A stretch of 64,000 nt of DNA from contig NC_043002.1 in NCBI RefSeq assembly GCF_006345805.1, positions 59,520,001-59,584,000 on the forward strand, written 5' to 3'. Made by a program: the position numbers and the translations under genes. This stretch comes from Octopus sinensis (taxonomy: Eukaryota). Position 1 is the stretch's first letter, and every line of letters starts with the position of its first letter. Positions 38,801 through 53,651 of the stretch are shown here, one piece after another. The notes beneath the pieces are model-generated. The model ran no database searches and had not been told where the DNA came from. It worked only from the letters and a program-made list of their open reading frames with translations.

Positions 38801-38920
38801 GACTACAATAATTACAAAGTGTGTGTGCATGTATGTGTGTACACACATACATACAAATACACACACATATACATACACACGCGCGCGCACACACACATAC
38901 ACATATATATATATAATATA

Positions 38921-38952
<32 letters not shown>

Positions 38953-38959
38953 ACTATAT

Positions 38960-38992
<33 letters not shown>

Positions 38993-39000
38993 TTATATAT

Positions 39001-39101
<101 letters not shown>

Positions 39102-39376
39102 AACACACATGATGTGTACAACTTTTGCACGAAGCGAGAGCAATAGATTCCCATGGAGAAAATAGAATGGTGGAAACGGACGCTAAAGTGTGATTAAGAA
39201 AGTAAAAGAGAGAGAGAGAGAGAGAGCGAAAGAGAGAGAGAGAGGGGGGAGAGAGAAGGGAAGAGAGATAGAAAGACAAACAGATAAGCAAAGACAAGTA
39301 TTAAAATGAACGCTACTGGGACCTGCACACATTCACTCCCACAAGGACAACACTTAACTGTGCGTATGCATGTATG

Positions 39377-39410
<34 letters not shown>

Positions 39411-39469
39411 TGTAGTATGTATGTATGTACGTATGTACGTATGTATGTATGTACGTTTGTACGTATGTA

Positions 39470-40050
39470 TGTATGTCATTATTCAGTTTATTTCAAGATT
39501 TCTTGCCAATAGAGAAAGAACCGATTTCTAACCTAGATCCAAGGCTCCTTCAATGGAATTTCAACATCAACAACAGGGTATTTTTGTTTGTGTGTCTGTC
39601 TGTCTGTCTTTCTGTCTGTATGTATGTATGTATGTGCAGATTTGTATGTTTTATCCATCTATTGTCATGCATATAGTTGCAAATCTAGACATGCTCAGAT
39701 ACATTTAAATACTAAACTTCTGGAAAGTTTTACAGATTTTTATAGTTCCAGTGATGGATTGGATCTGTAGTCTACGAATTAGCTTTCTTCTTTCTGATTT
39801 TGAGAATCCTAATTTCTCAAGATTAGTATTTCGGAAGTGTGTTATATATCCCAGGGCCCCAATAGTTACAGGTATAAACCTGGACTTGTAATCTGGATAG
39901 AGTAACTGCAGATTTCTCACTAGTTCAGCGTAGGTGTTCTCTTTTTCTCTGATCTTCAGCTTTATGTTAACTACGGCTGGGCAACTTATTTCCGCAATTG
40001 TGCACAGTTTCTCTTCTCTATCCCAAATCATTATATCAGGTCCGTTGTGC
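39470..40050 (-). mobile_element. 3' fragment of an R4-type LINE with restriction-like endonuclease, flanked by (TATG)n
   Basis: PDIMIWDREEKLCTIAEISCP..VN....REKENTY..L...LQLLYPDY....IPVTIGALG is a PD-(D/E)xK RLE signature; 3' UTR recurs at 49790-49880 and about 56580-56650. Confidence 0.88.
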
Positions 40051-41094
40051 ATGTATGTATGTATGTATGTATGTATGTATGTATGTATGTATGTACGTAT
40101 GTATGTAGGTATGTATGTATGTATGTTTGCGTAAGGGAGTGAGTAATTATGTTTATACGTACGTAGGCCATTAGCATTCATATGTGTATCGTATGACGAC
40201 CGACGAAGCTGAAGCTAATTTTCCAAAGATTGATAATTGTTAATCACCGAAGAAAAATATGAACGGTGATGATAGGCAACAGTATTTTACACAAGCAAAA
40301 ATGAGGAAACAGACTAGAAGAGAAAATACCATTGAAAAGCAGAGATAAGATGTCCTATACATACATATGTGTGAAAGAGACTAAGCAATATGTATATATA
40401 CATAGTGACAGCTTCTGAATAGATTCTGATTACTAGCAAACCCATGGGAAATTCTATGTCCCATTTTATGGTATAGTCTCAGCTATAAACATCTTTTCAT
40501 TTAGTAATAATATCCTGTTATTTCCTTCATACTCCTTATATTAATTTCTGGAAAATCTTACCTATTTTCTGGTCATGTTTTTTTTTCTCTTCTGGTCTGT
40601 TACTCATTCTGACTTGTGCTAAATATTCTTGCTTGTCACCATCGTTCGCATTTCGTCTTCTTTCTTATTTCTTTATTGTCCACAAGGGGCTAAACATAGA
40701 GGAGAAAAACAAGGACAGACAAACGTCAGGCTTTATGTGTGTAGGTATCATTGAAATTCGTATGTGTGTACGTGTCATTGAAATTCATATGTGTGTACGT
40801 ATCGTTGATGTTCATATGTGTGTACGTGTCATTGACGTTCGTTTGAATCTCTTTCCCTTATTCTCTCTATAATATACGCACTTGTACCTTCCCCTGTCTA
40901 CATCGTGGAAATTTTTTTACACCAGAGGAATCTATCATTAACAATTGAATATGATAGATGTATGCACTGTGGTGACTCTGTAGGTTTCAGATTACCTATA
41001 GTATAAATGGTAAGTTATAGAAATGGTTGTCCAGGTATTTCCGTTGTTTTTTAAAAAAAAACTTTTTCTTGAGTCCTAAGGCTAACTCATAAGA

Positions 41095-41300
41095 CTGCTT
41101 ACCCGATTCCCATTGCGTCGGTTTTTTGCAGGCTTCAAGCCCAAGATTTTTGAGGGTAGAGAACAGAAAATTACATCGATCCCAGTACTTGATCGGCAAA
41201 ATTGACCTCGGCGGGAATTTAACCCAGAACAAAAAAAGCCAGAAGAAATACCGTTGAGCATAGAGTTCATCGTTCTCACAACTCTGCAAACTAGCCGCCT
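41095..41300 (-). mobile_element. SINE family B, degenerate
   Basis: CGATCCCAGTACTTGA...TGACCTCGGCGGGAATTTAACCCAGAAC. Confidence 0.72.
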
Positions 41301-42718
41301 CTCTATATTTCCAAGCATCAAATTAATTATAAAGTTCATATAATCAAATAAACCGAAACTTTCTGTGTTCTACGATACATCTCATGAATTTTCAAGGATG
41401 CATAATGAGTGATAATTCTGGAATCTTGGAGGGTTTCAAATTTTTTCACATAAAACGCCCTCGTTCACTCGCCTTAGCGGTGATGGATCAAGTCTCAGCT
41501 TGTTTGCATCCCAATATTAGCAAATCACAGGTATGACCTCTTTATCCATAGCCAGCATTTAGCCTTTCCTGCTGCTTCAGTAATGGTTCTCCATTTTGTT
41601 TATCTTTAACCGCATTAACTTCTACCGAAATCCTTCATATTCGAATGTGGAAAAAATAAGTGAAATATTTGTTAATTAACAGAATATATGTATGTATACA
41701 TATATATATGTATGTATATTGAGTGTGTATATATATATACATATACGCAATAACAAAATTCACACACACACCTATATATATATATATATATATAATATAT
41801 ATTATATATATATATACATATACACACACATAACGGCTTTGTGTACTCATCCATCGCAGGAAAGTGGAATTAAACAAGAAAAGGAATGTTTATTGTCATA
41901 AATAATCTTTAAATGTTCCAAGTCTGAAATATTTCAGACATTTTAGCGCCATCAATAAGGGATAAATTAATTTAAAGAGAAGAATATGACAGTTCCAAAG
42001 ATCGCTTAGTCTTTCTTTATTCCTAGCTTTCTTCCTTAAATAATTATGTATTATCGCAAACTTTTCCATGGCGTATGCAATCAATAAATTATAAATATGT
42101 TCAACATTACAACCACGAAACATTTAGAGCCGAAATACACACAGGAAAGAGAAACGAAACATAAAAAACAAAATGGAGAAATACAAACGCTACAGTAAGA
42201 CCGAAGAAGCAAAGATATGCATACAAAAACGAACATCACTGTTATACACGCTAAACAACAGAAGTAAATATATATACACACGTGCATTTATACACATACT
42301 GTTGCTTATACTCACATGAACATTTCATAATCTGATCACAGACGGAACAAAATTGTCTGCAAAATCGAGATAACGTTTTAATTTTTATCCGAACAAAAAG
42401 ACAAGTTAAAAATAATGTTTTTCTTATTTAGAAAAAAAAAAAACCTAAAAGAGAACAGAACAGCGACCTTCAAGAATATAACAAAGAAGCAACAAAGACA
42501 ATTGTGTAAAAAACAACAATATTTCTGATAAGAGTGAAATTGATTTATAAATAATTAATACTGATTCACAGCTAATTAATATGGTAAATGAGGTTGGATC
42601 TTTCGGTCCAGACATTACTCAAGGAAACATATCGATTTGTGTGACGTCTGTGTGTGTGTGTGCACGCGCACGTATGTATGCATATATATATATATGTAAG
42701 CATGTATGCATATGTCTG

Positions 42719-42755
<37 letters not shown>

Positions 42756-42847
42756 ATGTAAACACATACAACACATACACGCACACGTCCACACACATAC
42801 ATCCATCCATACATATATATATATATACATATGTATATGTATACATA

Positions 42848-42897
<50 letters not shown>

Positions 42898-43191
42898 TAT
42901 GTATATATATAAATGTGTGTGTGTGTGTGAGTGTATGTGTGTCTGCGTGTGTGTATTAATTCTTAATCTAAGGTAATTAATCTTCATATTTTGGTTTATC
43001 GTAGAGTATGCTAAGTATGCGTGTATGTATGTATTCATTTTTTCTTGGTACCACATTATAACGCATCCACCACAAGGTCTCTGGCACAGGAATTCCAGGA
43101 TTTTGAGGAGTGTATATATGGGTATCATACTTAATATATTGCGATAATTAAGTACGGTATTGGTCGTGCAGTGTTTAAAAATATAACACAG

Positions 43192-43354
43192 GTGCAGGCG
43201 TGGCTCTGTGGTAAAAAGCTTGTTTCCAACCACAAGGTTCAGGATTCAGTCCCACTGCGTCTCACTTTGGGCAAGGGTCTTCAACTATAGCCTTCGGCCT
43301 ACCAAACCCTTATCAGTGGATTTGGTAGGTGGAAAATGAAAGAAGCCCGTTGCA

Positions 43355-43396
<42 letters not shown>

Positions 43397-43605
43397 ACTA
43401 TATATGTATGTGTGTGTGTATTTGTGTCTGTGTTTACTCGCCACCACCGCGCTCGACAACTGGTGTCGGTGTGTTTGCGCCAAAAGAGACCGATAGAATA
43501 AGTACCAGGTTTAAAAAAATAAGTTCTTGTGGTCGATTCCTTCAACTAAAAATTCAAGGCGTTCCTCCAGCATGACCGTCGTCTAATTACTGAAACAAGT
43601 AAAAA
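43192..43605 (+). mobile_element. SINE family A, full length
   Basis: Head, central (CT)n/(TG)n and 3' half. Confidence 0.88.
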
Positions 43606-43801
43606 CATTGATAAAAAGCCATGCTGGGGGCAAAGGGGAATCAGACAGACGTCCGCTGATCAAAGAGTTAAGCGTTTTTCTGTTTACGTTCATTCACTGT
43701 TTCACTGCATCGATGACGACACATTTCTTTTGGTATGTAATCAGCTGTGAGAACACGTTATTGACAAAGCCCGACGAGCCCCCTGAGTAAATCATATTAG
43801 T

Positions 43802-43854
<53 letters not shown>

Positions 43855-43989
43855 CACACGCACACATACACACACATACACACACACACAAACATACGCA
43901 CATTATATTGTGCGTTAGTATGATGGTCTTGATTGAACAATCGGGAATTTTCTATTTAGATTTTAAGCGTAGAATATACACAAACATAC

Positions 43990-44534
43990 AAGAACTAAAT
44001 AGACATCTTTAAGTTTCAAAATTTCTGATCTAAATGTTTTCTCAGCGGTGTATAATTTACAATGCACTTATTCTGTTTCATTCCAAGTGCTATTATATTA
44101 AACATTTGCGAAGAGTAACCATGCCACGCACAAAAAAATTCAGCACAACTCTTAGATTTTCAAAGAGGTCGTATTGTTGAGCAATTTGAGGCTGGTTTTA
44201 GCCAGCAAAAAATTGCCGAATATCTTCAAATTCCTCTTGCTACTGTTAATAGAATTATAGTGCAATTCAAAAGCCTAGGAAAAGATTCTCGTCCCGGTCG
44301 ACCTGGAACCTCGGAAAGGAAGCTTCGCTGTTTAAAGAGAATTGTGGAAAACGAAAGGCCGTTCGAAGGCTTCTGACATTGCAAAACAGCTAGACGTTAG
44401 TACAAGTACATATGTTACATATCTGCATAAGCTTGGGTATTATGGACGAGCAGCTAGAAGAAAACCTCTCCTTTAACCAATTGATATAAAATAAAAGATT
44501 TTGAAAAGGTGTTTATTTATTTCCTGCATGTCTG
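43990..44534 (+). mobile_element. Second copy of the non-autonomous Tc1-like element
   Basis: Aligns to 18745-19225 with about 90 extra bp (44268-44357, ..[19 protein letters not shown]); right TIR 44511-44534. Confidence 0.87.
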
Positions 44535-46067
44535 TGTATATTTGTGAACTTGAATTTAGACATCACAATTTCTGTACTGTTTCACTATGGTGGCACAGTA
44601 TCAACAGAGGTCGCAATGTTCGAATAAGCAAAGATAAGGAGGTTTGCTCTATATATTTTTCAAAGTAACATCAACATAATAAGAAGACTACAGAAATCAG
44701 TATCAGTGATATTATTTACATTTAAGATATGTTATATCGATTTATAAGCGCAAGAAAACGTCGGAAAGGCTTGCTCGTCACGAATGTTTTAGTGAATAAG
44801 AGACAAGAGTTGGAATGTAGAGAAGCAGCATCTCACATGCTCGTAAGTGAATTATCAATTAAATAATAAAAGCATTTGATTACCTTATTACTTACGGACA
44901 AAAATACAATTGTGCTTCTTCAGGGAGTAAGAATATACGAAAAGAATAACTAACTCGATAGTATAAACCAAGCAAAAAAACAGACTAAAAAGGAATTATC
45001 TTCAAAATTGTTCCTCTGTGTTATCGGTTAAAATATCTTAGAAAACAACAATGGCGGCCAATATACACCATCAGTTTACTAATTTTAGTGGTTTTATAAA
45101 TGGAACTCTGTTTTCCAAGCAGATTAGACCCATCTCACCTCGGTATTTAGTTACGAAGAGAACTAAAGGTTTCGAAATGCGTTTTTGAGTCTAATAGAAA
45201 GCGCTTTGAACTGACTACCTTGTTTTGACACGTTTTGTCTAAACACAGAAATGTTTTCCATTGGAAAACTGCAGCGAAAAGCTTTTTACGGGTTCACCTA
45301 TCCCTCAGACATGTTTAAGCGAGTCTTCGTTTGGTTTATGATTTAAATGTTATTTACTATTCAGGAATCTTATACGAAAATTTTCATAAATAAGAGATAC
45401 GTTTTCATACGTTTTCTTATATCAACGGCTATTACTCATAACCAATGAAGTATAAATTAGTAAATTTCTATCTTTTATACTTTCGCTATACTTGTTAAAT
45501 ACCAGCCTAAATAAATAACAAACTTAAAAAACCAAAAACAAAAACGATGTACTGCATCTACTTACGATAGAAAGTTATAAATATTCAAAGTGCCATTCTA
45601 TACACACAAAATTAATACTAAAAGAAGATTTAGCGATTCAGTATCATTAGTTTTAAAATTTTATTCGCCTTGAGAGATATAAAGTCTCATACGAATCTAA
45701 CGTAAATCAAGCAAAGTAGAGAAGAGAAACCAGTTTAATCTGGAATTAATTCATACTCACAGTGCAGCCTTCGTTGTGATACGTCCATAAGATCAACCAT
45801 TCTCCCCACTCTCTCTCTCTCTCTCTACACGCACACACACAAATACATACTTAGAGGTAGGTATGGTAGAAAGTGTGTGCATGTGTGTGTTGTGTTTATG
45901 TTTGGATAGGCCTATGGACATACACTCACACAATTATATAAGCTCACATAAACACGTATGTATATATATATGAGTGTGTGTGTATTTTCACACACACACA
46001 TATATATATGTATATATATATATATATAAATATATAATATATATATAATATATGTGTGGTGTGTGTG

Positions 46068-46116
<49 letters not shown>

Positions 46117-46844
46117 ATATATGCATATATGTCTATATACATACATTTATATGTGTATATATATATATATATAGGGAGAGAGAGAGAGAGAGGGGGGTGA
46201 GATGGATAGATTGATTGATAGATAGACTGATATCAACAGTTACAGCAGCCTTTTTTGCATAACTTAGACGGAACTAATTTTGTTTTTTAAATGGCCTCGA
46301 CTTTTATTTAACAAATATAGTAAAACCATAAGAGAAAGTAGATTTTTAGGTGGTTTGATTGACAATAATGTCTGTTATAAGCAACTTATCTTTCGTCTTT
46401 GAAACTTTTCTCGAGAAAAAGACTTTGGCTTCTTAATATTCTTCATTAAAAAATGATGCGTTAAGATATGCAAGCTGTTACTTTTCAGTTTCATTAATAC
46501 AACAACACTTGTAGCTGCTACGACGCCCTCTTCAAATTTCGTTTATCTCTCTATCTTTCATAAATCGAAATGATACATTTTAAATATAGACAATATGTCT
46601 GGGGAGACTATTTCCTCTCTTTTCCTCTTTTGTCTTTGCCTAATTTTACACAGGCGGCGTGTCGACAGAATCGTTTGCATGCCGTCAGCATGTGGAAATT
46701 TGAAATCAATAATTTGATCCAACGGCGTTTTGACGTGTTTAGATGTGACATGTATAGCTATAAAGTTGGTCAAGTCTGTATTTGACTACAGATGATACTG
46801 TGATAACGGGTGGGAGAGAGAGAACTGACCAGTAGCTAGGTATC

Positions 46845-47038
46845 AATTATACATACATACATTCATGCATACATACATACATACATACATACATACATAC
46901 ATACATACATACATACATACATACATGCATGCATACGTGCAAACATACATACATACATTCATGCATACATACATACATACATACATACATACATACATAC
47001 ATACATACATACATACATAAATACATACATACATACGT
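46845..47038. repeat. (CATA)n tetranucleotide repeat
   Basis: Direct reading. Confidence 0.97.
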
Positions 47039-47057
47039 GCATAATAATATAAATATA

Positions 47058-47865
<808 letters not shown>

Positions 47866-48030
47866 TTATATATATATATATACCTAATATATACATTGTT
47901 TTATTATTTTGCACATTTCTTAATCATCGGTATATTATTGTTATTTTATATTTAATATTTCTATTATATGTAATTTTCTAGATGGTGTAATTTAATTGTT
48001 CATTTTGAATTGATTAAAGGTGGCTTTTTG

Positions 48031-48078
<48 letters not shown>

Positions 48079-48106
48079 ATATATATATGCATATATCGGT
48101 ACAGGA

Positions 48107-48345
48107 CGTCACCAACAGAAAACATGAAATACGAATACAAAAGAATTAAATACACAAATAACGGGAGAAAAATGGAAAACAAGGCAAGTAATACAAAAAT
48201 ACAAAGAGCGACCCTCCATCAGTTGTGGGCTGACTATCTACTCTCCATTTCGAGCAATCAACGACAATATGAGTCTTCGAAGACAATTGCTCCCATAAAG
48301 ACCAAAATAAAATTTTGTATTTATGGAGGCTCAAAGTTAGGAGCA
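48107..48345 (-). mobile_element. Homologue of the 4172-4497 element
   Basis: Shared AAATTTTATTTTGGT, CTTCGAAGACT.ATATTG.CGTT and GTGACGTCCTGTACC. Confidence 0.75.
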
Positions 48346-48670
48346 AAAACAGGACAGTGGAGACATTCGGGGAAACCGAACGAAAAAAGAACATGGATGG
48401 GTCGTTAGACATGAACGAGGGAAACACAGTGAACGCTGATGGACATACACACATGTGTGCGTGTGTACGAGTATGTGTTTGTGTGTGTGTATGTGTGTGT
48501 ATGTGAGTGTGTGTATCTGTTTCGTGTTGAAAAGACTACTCGATAGTTTGGTTCGACCGAGTTAAGATCCTTACCTGAAGACATGTGTAACCACAAGCGA
48601 ACTTCAGGAGAGCAAGAGCTTGACTCGAACAAAATAACAAATATTACGCACACACACACCCGTATACACA

Positions 48671-48704
<34 letters not shown>

Positions 48705-48710
<6 letters not shown>

Positions 48711-49725
48711 CCTAATCATCTTACTTGAAGAAAATGACCTGCTACATAACACCCATTGTGGGTTTCGACCAGGAAGCAGCTGCCTCACACATCTCTCGCA
48801 ACTTTAAAAATGGCTGTTAAAATAGTTGCTCCACTGCTCAAATGTGAATATAATTTATTTTAACATTTCGAAAGCCTTCGATAACATCCTTCACGGAATA
48901 TGCCACAAACTGCGTCATCTTCTCATACCCGAAAAAATAGGGAAGTGGCTGCGTCACCTGTCAAGGGAAATAAATCAGGTTGTGGTAATTAGTGGGGCCA
49001 TCTTCCAGCAAACAGTGAGTGGAATCTCACAAGGTGCTGATTCGGTGGCCACTCCTGTTTATAGTAGCTTTCTCAGGTATGCTCTCAACTATACAGATAG
49101 TCACTCCCTGAAGCTATGGGGATGTTACATAAAGAAAAGTGTAGATGCTCCGTACTTAAACGCCATTTTAAATACGGTATATACTCGGTTATAAGTCGCA
49201 TTTCCCCCCTGAAAATTTCACCTAAAGTTGGTCGGGTGCGACTTATAAGCGCATCCTATTAAAAAATATTTTCAGATATTTTCTAGCCACGCCTGATGTT
49301 CCAATACTTGGAATAACCGAAAAGGATAAAATTTTTCATTATAAACAACGGTTTCTAAATTGAATGGGCTTAATGGGTTAAGAGTTGTTGTAAGACACCT
49401 CCAGCTTAATGAAAGCTCGGTTATCAAACAACAACTATGTCGGCGCGATTCCTAATCGAACTTTGTTGTGCAACGTCAAAAAAGTCGCTGCGACTTATAG
49501 TCGGTTCAATGAAAATATGTAATATGTAATGTAAACAGCTTGCCGAATAGATTTTTAAGGGCCTTCAGAACAAGAAACCAGAAATAGATCAAACCATGTT
49601 GATCTATTTGAAGACATTTGTCTTCAAGACGGCTAGGCTATTGCCCCCCCCCCAATTCTGGTGATCGAACAGAGTAAAATTCAGGAAGAAACTTGAAGCT
49701 ATCCAACGTTGCTACAACTCAATTA
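48705..49725 (+). mobile_element. Decayed CR1-group RT remnant interrupted by a MITE
   Basis: LEENDLLHNTHCGFRPGSSCLTHL...SKAFD...VSGISQG before the MITE; MLIYLKTFV..RLGYC...KLEAIQRCY after it. Confidence 0.8.
49173..49522. mobile_element. Non-autonomous pogo/Tc1-mariner-superfamily MITE
   Basis: TACGGTATATACTCGGTTATAAGTCGCA at the left end; inverted TGCGACTTATA at 49237 and 49489. Confidence 0.6.
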
Positions 49726-50023
49726 ATCGGTTAATGGAATAAAGAGAAAAATGTTAAAACTCTGATCCGTAGAGTGAGACGTGATGCTGATGTTGAAAAT
49801 TCAGTAGAGAAGCCTTGGATCTAGATTAGAAACCAGCTCTATTGGCAAGGAATCTTGAAATAAAACTGAACAATGACATATACATATATAATATATATAA
49901 TAACATATAAAATAAGCATTTTAAATATAGTATATATATGTAATATATGTATATTATATAATATATAATATATATATGCTAAGTACAATATTTATCATAC
50001 GTATATCATATAATATATAATAC

Positions 50024-50103
<80 letters not shown>

Positions 50104-50122
50104 ATATATGTATATGTATATG

Positions 50123-50163
<41 letters not shown>

Positions 50164-50687
50164 CTTATATAGATAATGCATACACACACGCTAATAATAT
50201 TCATGCTACGTGTGTCCATGAGTGTGAGCATGTTTCTGCGAACATACACGTATGAGTGTGTGTGTGTGTGTGTGTGTGTGGGTGTATCTGTTTGTCTGCT
50301 TGTCTTTGCATGTATCCATTTTCGGGTTCTTGCTCAAAGATTAGATAAAGGATATACTTGTTATGTCGCCGAGTAGAGAAGTTCGATTGAAAAAATAACC
50401 CGATCACGCAAACACGAAAGCACGACAGCTATCTGGATGTACATATTAATACAAAAAGCATGCATAGAGAGGTATATTTAAGTTTGCTTTGCGTTTCATC
50501 TTCCCAATAATATAAAGATAACGTTAAAAAAAAGCAAACATCGATTTGTTTTAACACGCATACTCAAATGATTTCACTTCACTCTGTCTGTCACACCTCA
50601 CATACAGACACATAAATACATTCCTACAGTTACATACATACCTACGCACATACATACATGCATAGATGCATACGTATGCATACATAC

Positions 50688-50726
<39 letters not shown>

Positions 50727-51245
50727 CCTAGACAGATTATCCTCGACTCTGTCCACCCTCGCCATACGTATCATTACATTATCTTGTGAAACTGTGTTAA
50801 GTATATAGATAGGTACGCAGTCGTGTCTCAATTTGTCACAATCTCATGCCTCGTTGTCTATGTGTATGTGTGCGTATGCAAGCGCATGTGTGTGTGTGTG
50901 TGTGTCTTTTTATTTTTCTCTGTTTCTTTAATCTTTTCCTACTGAAGTGTGCTTCTGTCTATTTGTCTCTGTCTATACATGTCTTTATTATTCATATTTA
51001 TGTACATGTGATTTATGAAAGAATATATGTATGTATCTCTTTATTTATCAAAACACACAGAAACTCACACATACACACACATATATACACACTCACATAC
51101 ATTTATATATATAATATATATATTATATATATAATATATATATATATATAATATATAATACATATACATATATAATATATATAATAACATATAAAATAAG
51201 CATTTTAAATATAGTATATATATGTAATATATGTATATATATATA

Positions 51246-51292
<47 letters not shown>

Positions 51293-51607
51293 TACATAGG
51301 TATGAACCACGTTTGAAAAATCCTATAAAGTTTTGATATAACGTATATTAGAAGCGTTTCAGATGCATTACATGTCTCGTCTAGTTTGAGTTTGGTTTCT
51401 CGTCTGAGCAATCAATGTCGCTGTTTTCTTAGTTTCCTGTAATCTTGGCAATGGAATCCTTTCTGCGGTTATTTGCTTTACAGGTTTTATCGCTTGAAAT
51501 TTTGCGTATAACTCTTAATATATTTTCGAATTCTTAAACGACAGTTCACGAATTCGTGTCACTTTGGAGACAAATCATTGGACAGACACGAGAACGAAGA
51601 ACTTTCC

Positions 51608-51827
51608 GACTTTTACTTGTTTCAGTCATTTGACTGTGGCCATGCTCAAGCACCACCTTTAGTCGAACAAGTTGCCACCAGTACGTATTCTATCGGTTCT
51701 TTTTGCCGAACCGTTAAGTAAACACAGCAGCATCGGTTCTCAAGAGATAGTGGGTGGGAGACAAACACATACACACGCATACATACATATATACATACAT
51801 ATATACATACATAAATACATACATATA

Positions 51828-51916
<89 letters not shown>

Positions 51917-52076
51917 AGACGGGCTTCTTTCAATTTCCGTCTACCAAATCCGCTCACAAGTCATTCGTGGGCCCGAGGCTATAGTAGAAGATACTTGCCC
52001 AAGGTGCCACGCAGTGGGACTGAAGCAGAGCCATGTGGTTCGGAAGCAAGCTACGTACCACACAGCTACACCTCCG

Positions 52077-52141
<65 letters not shown>

Positions 52142-52225
52142 TTTTATTGTTATTCTTTTACTTGTTTCAGTCATTTAACTACGGTTATGCTGAAGTACAA
52201 CCTTGAATGGCTTTAGTCGAACAAA
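51608..52225 (-). mobile_element. SINE family A plus an extra tail fragment
   Basis: Homology to 3575-3988. Confidence 0.85.
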
Positions 52226-52350
52226 TTAACTACAGTTAATATATATATATTAACTGGAGTTAATTTATCCACATATATACGTGTGTGTGTGTGTGTGTGG
52301 TGTGTGTGTGTGTGTATGCATATTTATATGCGTGTGTGTGTATACATATA

Positions 52351-52381
<31 letters not shown>

Positions 52382-52514
52382 TACTATTATTATTTGTAGT
52401 AGTATTAGCATATAACATCCATACATTATACATATATATATATATATGTGTGTGTGTGTACGTGTATGGATGTTATATGCTACTACTACTACTACTACAA
52501 TAATATAATAATAA

Positions 52515-52552
<38 letters not shown>

Positions 52553-52556
<4 letters not shown>

Positions 52557-53578
52557 GTTCTCAGTATTTAAGGAAGCTGACAAATACAAACAAGAAATCA
52601 TACCACCTAATAAATATGGAGAAGAAGGAGAAGAAGAAGATGAAGAAACAACAGAAGCTATAAAACAAATGAAATCCAAACTAAAAACAGAACAGCAACG
52701 AACCATGATAAAACGATGGCAAGAAAAGCCCTTTCATGGTAAATACTGGACTAAACTAAACGCAAAAGAAATAGACAAAGAAAAATCCCAGCAATGGTTG
52801 AGAAGCTCAGGAATCAAAGCAGAAACAGAGGGATTTTTAATTGCAGCACAAGACCAAAGCCTCCCCACCAGAAATTACCAAAAACATGTAATGAAAAGAA
52901 ATATTACAAGTAACTGCAGAATATGTGGAGATGGACAAGAAACAATAAATCATATTATCTCTAGCTGCCCAGACCTGGGATAAGAAGGAATATATTCACA
53001 GACATGACAGAGTTGGAACCTACATACAATGGAAGCTATGCCAACATTATGGAATAACAACAGGAAAAAGATGGTATAGGCACACACCAGAAAAGGTCAC
53101 AGAAAACGAGAAAGCAACCATACTCTGGGATATGTTGATACACACAGATAGAGAAATTAAGGCCAACAGACAGGATATAGTTGTCAGAGATCATGAAGAA
53201 AAAAATGCTTTCTAATTGATGTATCAATACCGGCAGATGATAACGTGTCTCTAAAAGAAATGAAGAAACTTTCAAAATACAAAGACCTGGAAATAGAGGT
53301 AACTAGAATGTGGAATCTAAAAACAGAAACAATTCCTATCATAGTAGGTGCATTAGGCATGATAAAAAAACATTCAGACAAATACATAACAAAAACACCA
53401 GGACTTACAAACACATATAACATACAGAAAATTGCACTACTAGGCACTGCACACATCCTACGCAGAAAACTTTCCATACAATAACCATCAGAAAATCACA
53501 ACAAATCACAGCACATACCTAAGGCACACAGAGCTGCGCTCGGTAGTGAAGTGAAAGCACGCTATAAAAATAAAACTA

Positions 53579-53580
<2 letters not shown>
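52553..53580 (+). mobile_element. 5'-truncated R4/Dong-clade LINE (CCHC knuckle plus RLE) between (TAA)n tracts
   Basis: ETEGFLIAAQDQSLPTRNY...CRICGDGQETINHIISSC...HRHD...LWD...NRQDIVV..ID...EK..KYKDL...PIIVGALG; frameshifts near 52975 and 53205; stop 53484. Confidence 0.95.

Positions 53581-53651
<71 letters not shown>

Noticed and set aside
41397-41529. Open frame ending at CAG|GTATGA
   Set aside because: Weak acceptor and unrecognised peptide; compatible with chance.
48560-48615. CTGAAGA...GAAC as a hammerhead
   Set aside because: It is a CCTGAAG/CTTCAGG inverted pair lacking GAAA and a cleavage triplet.
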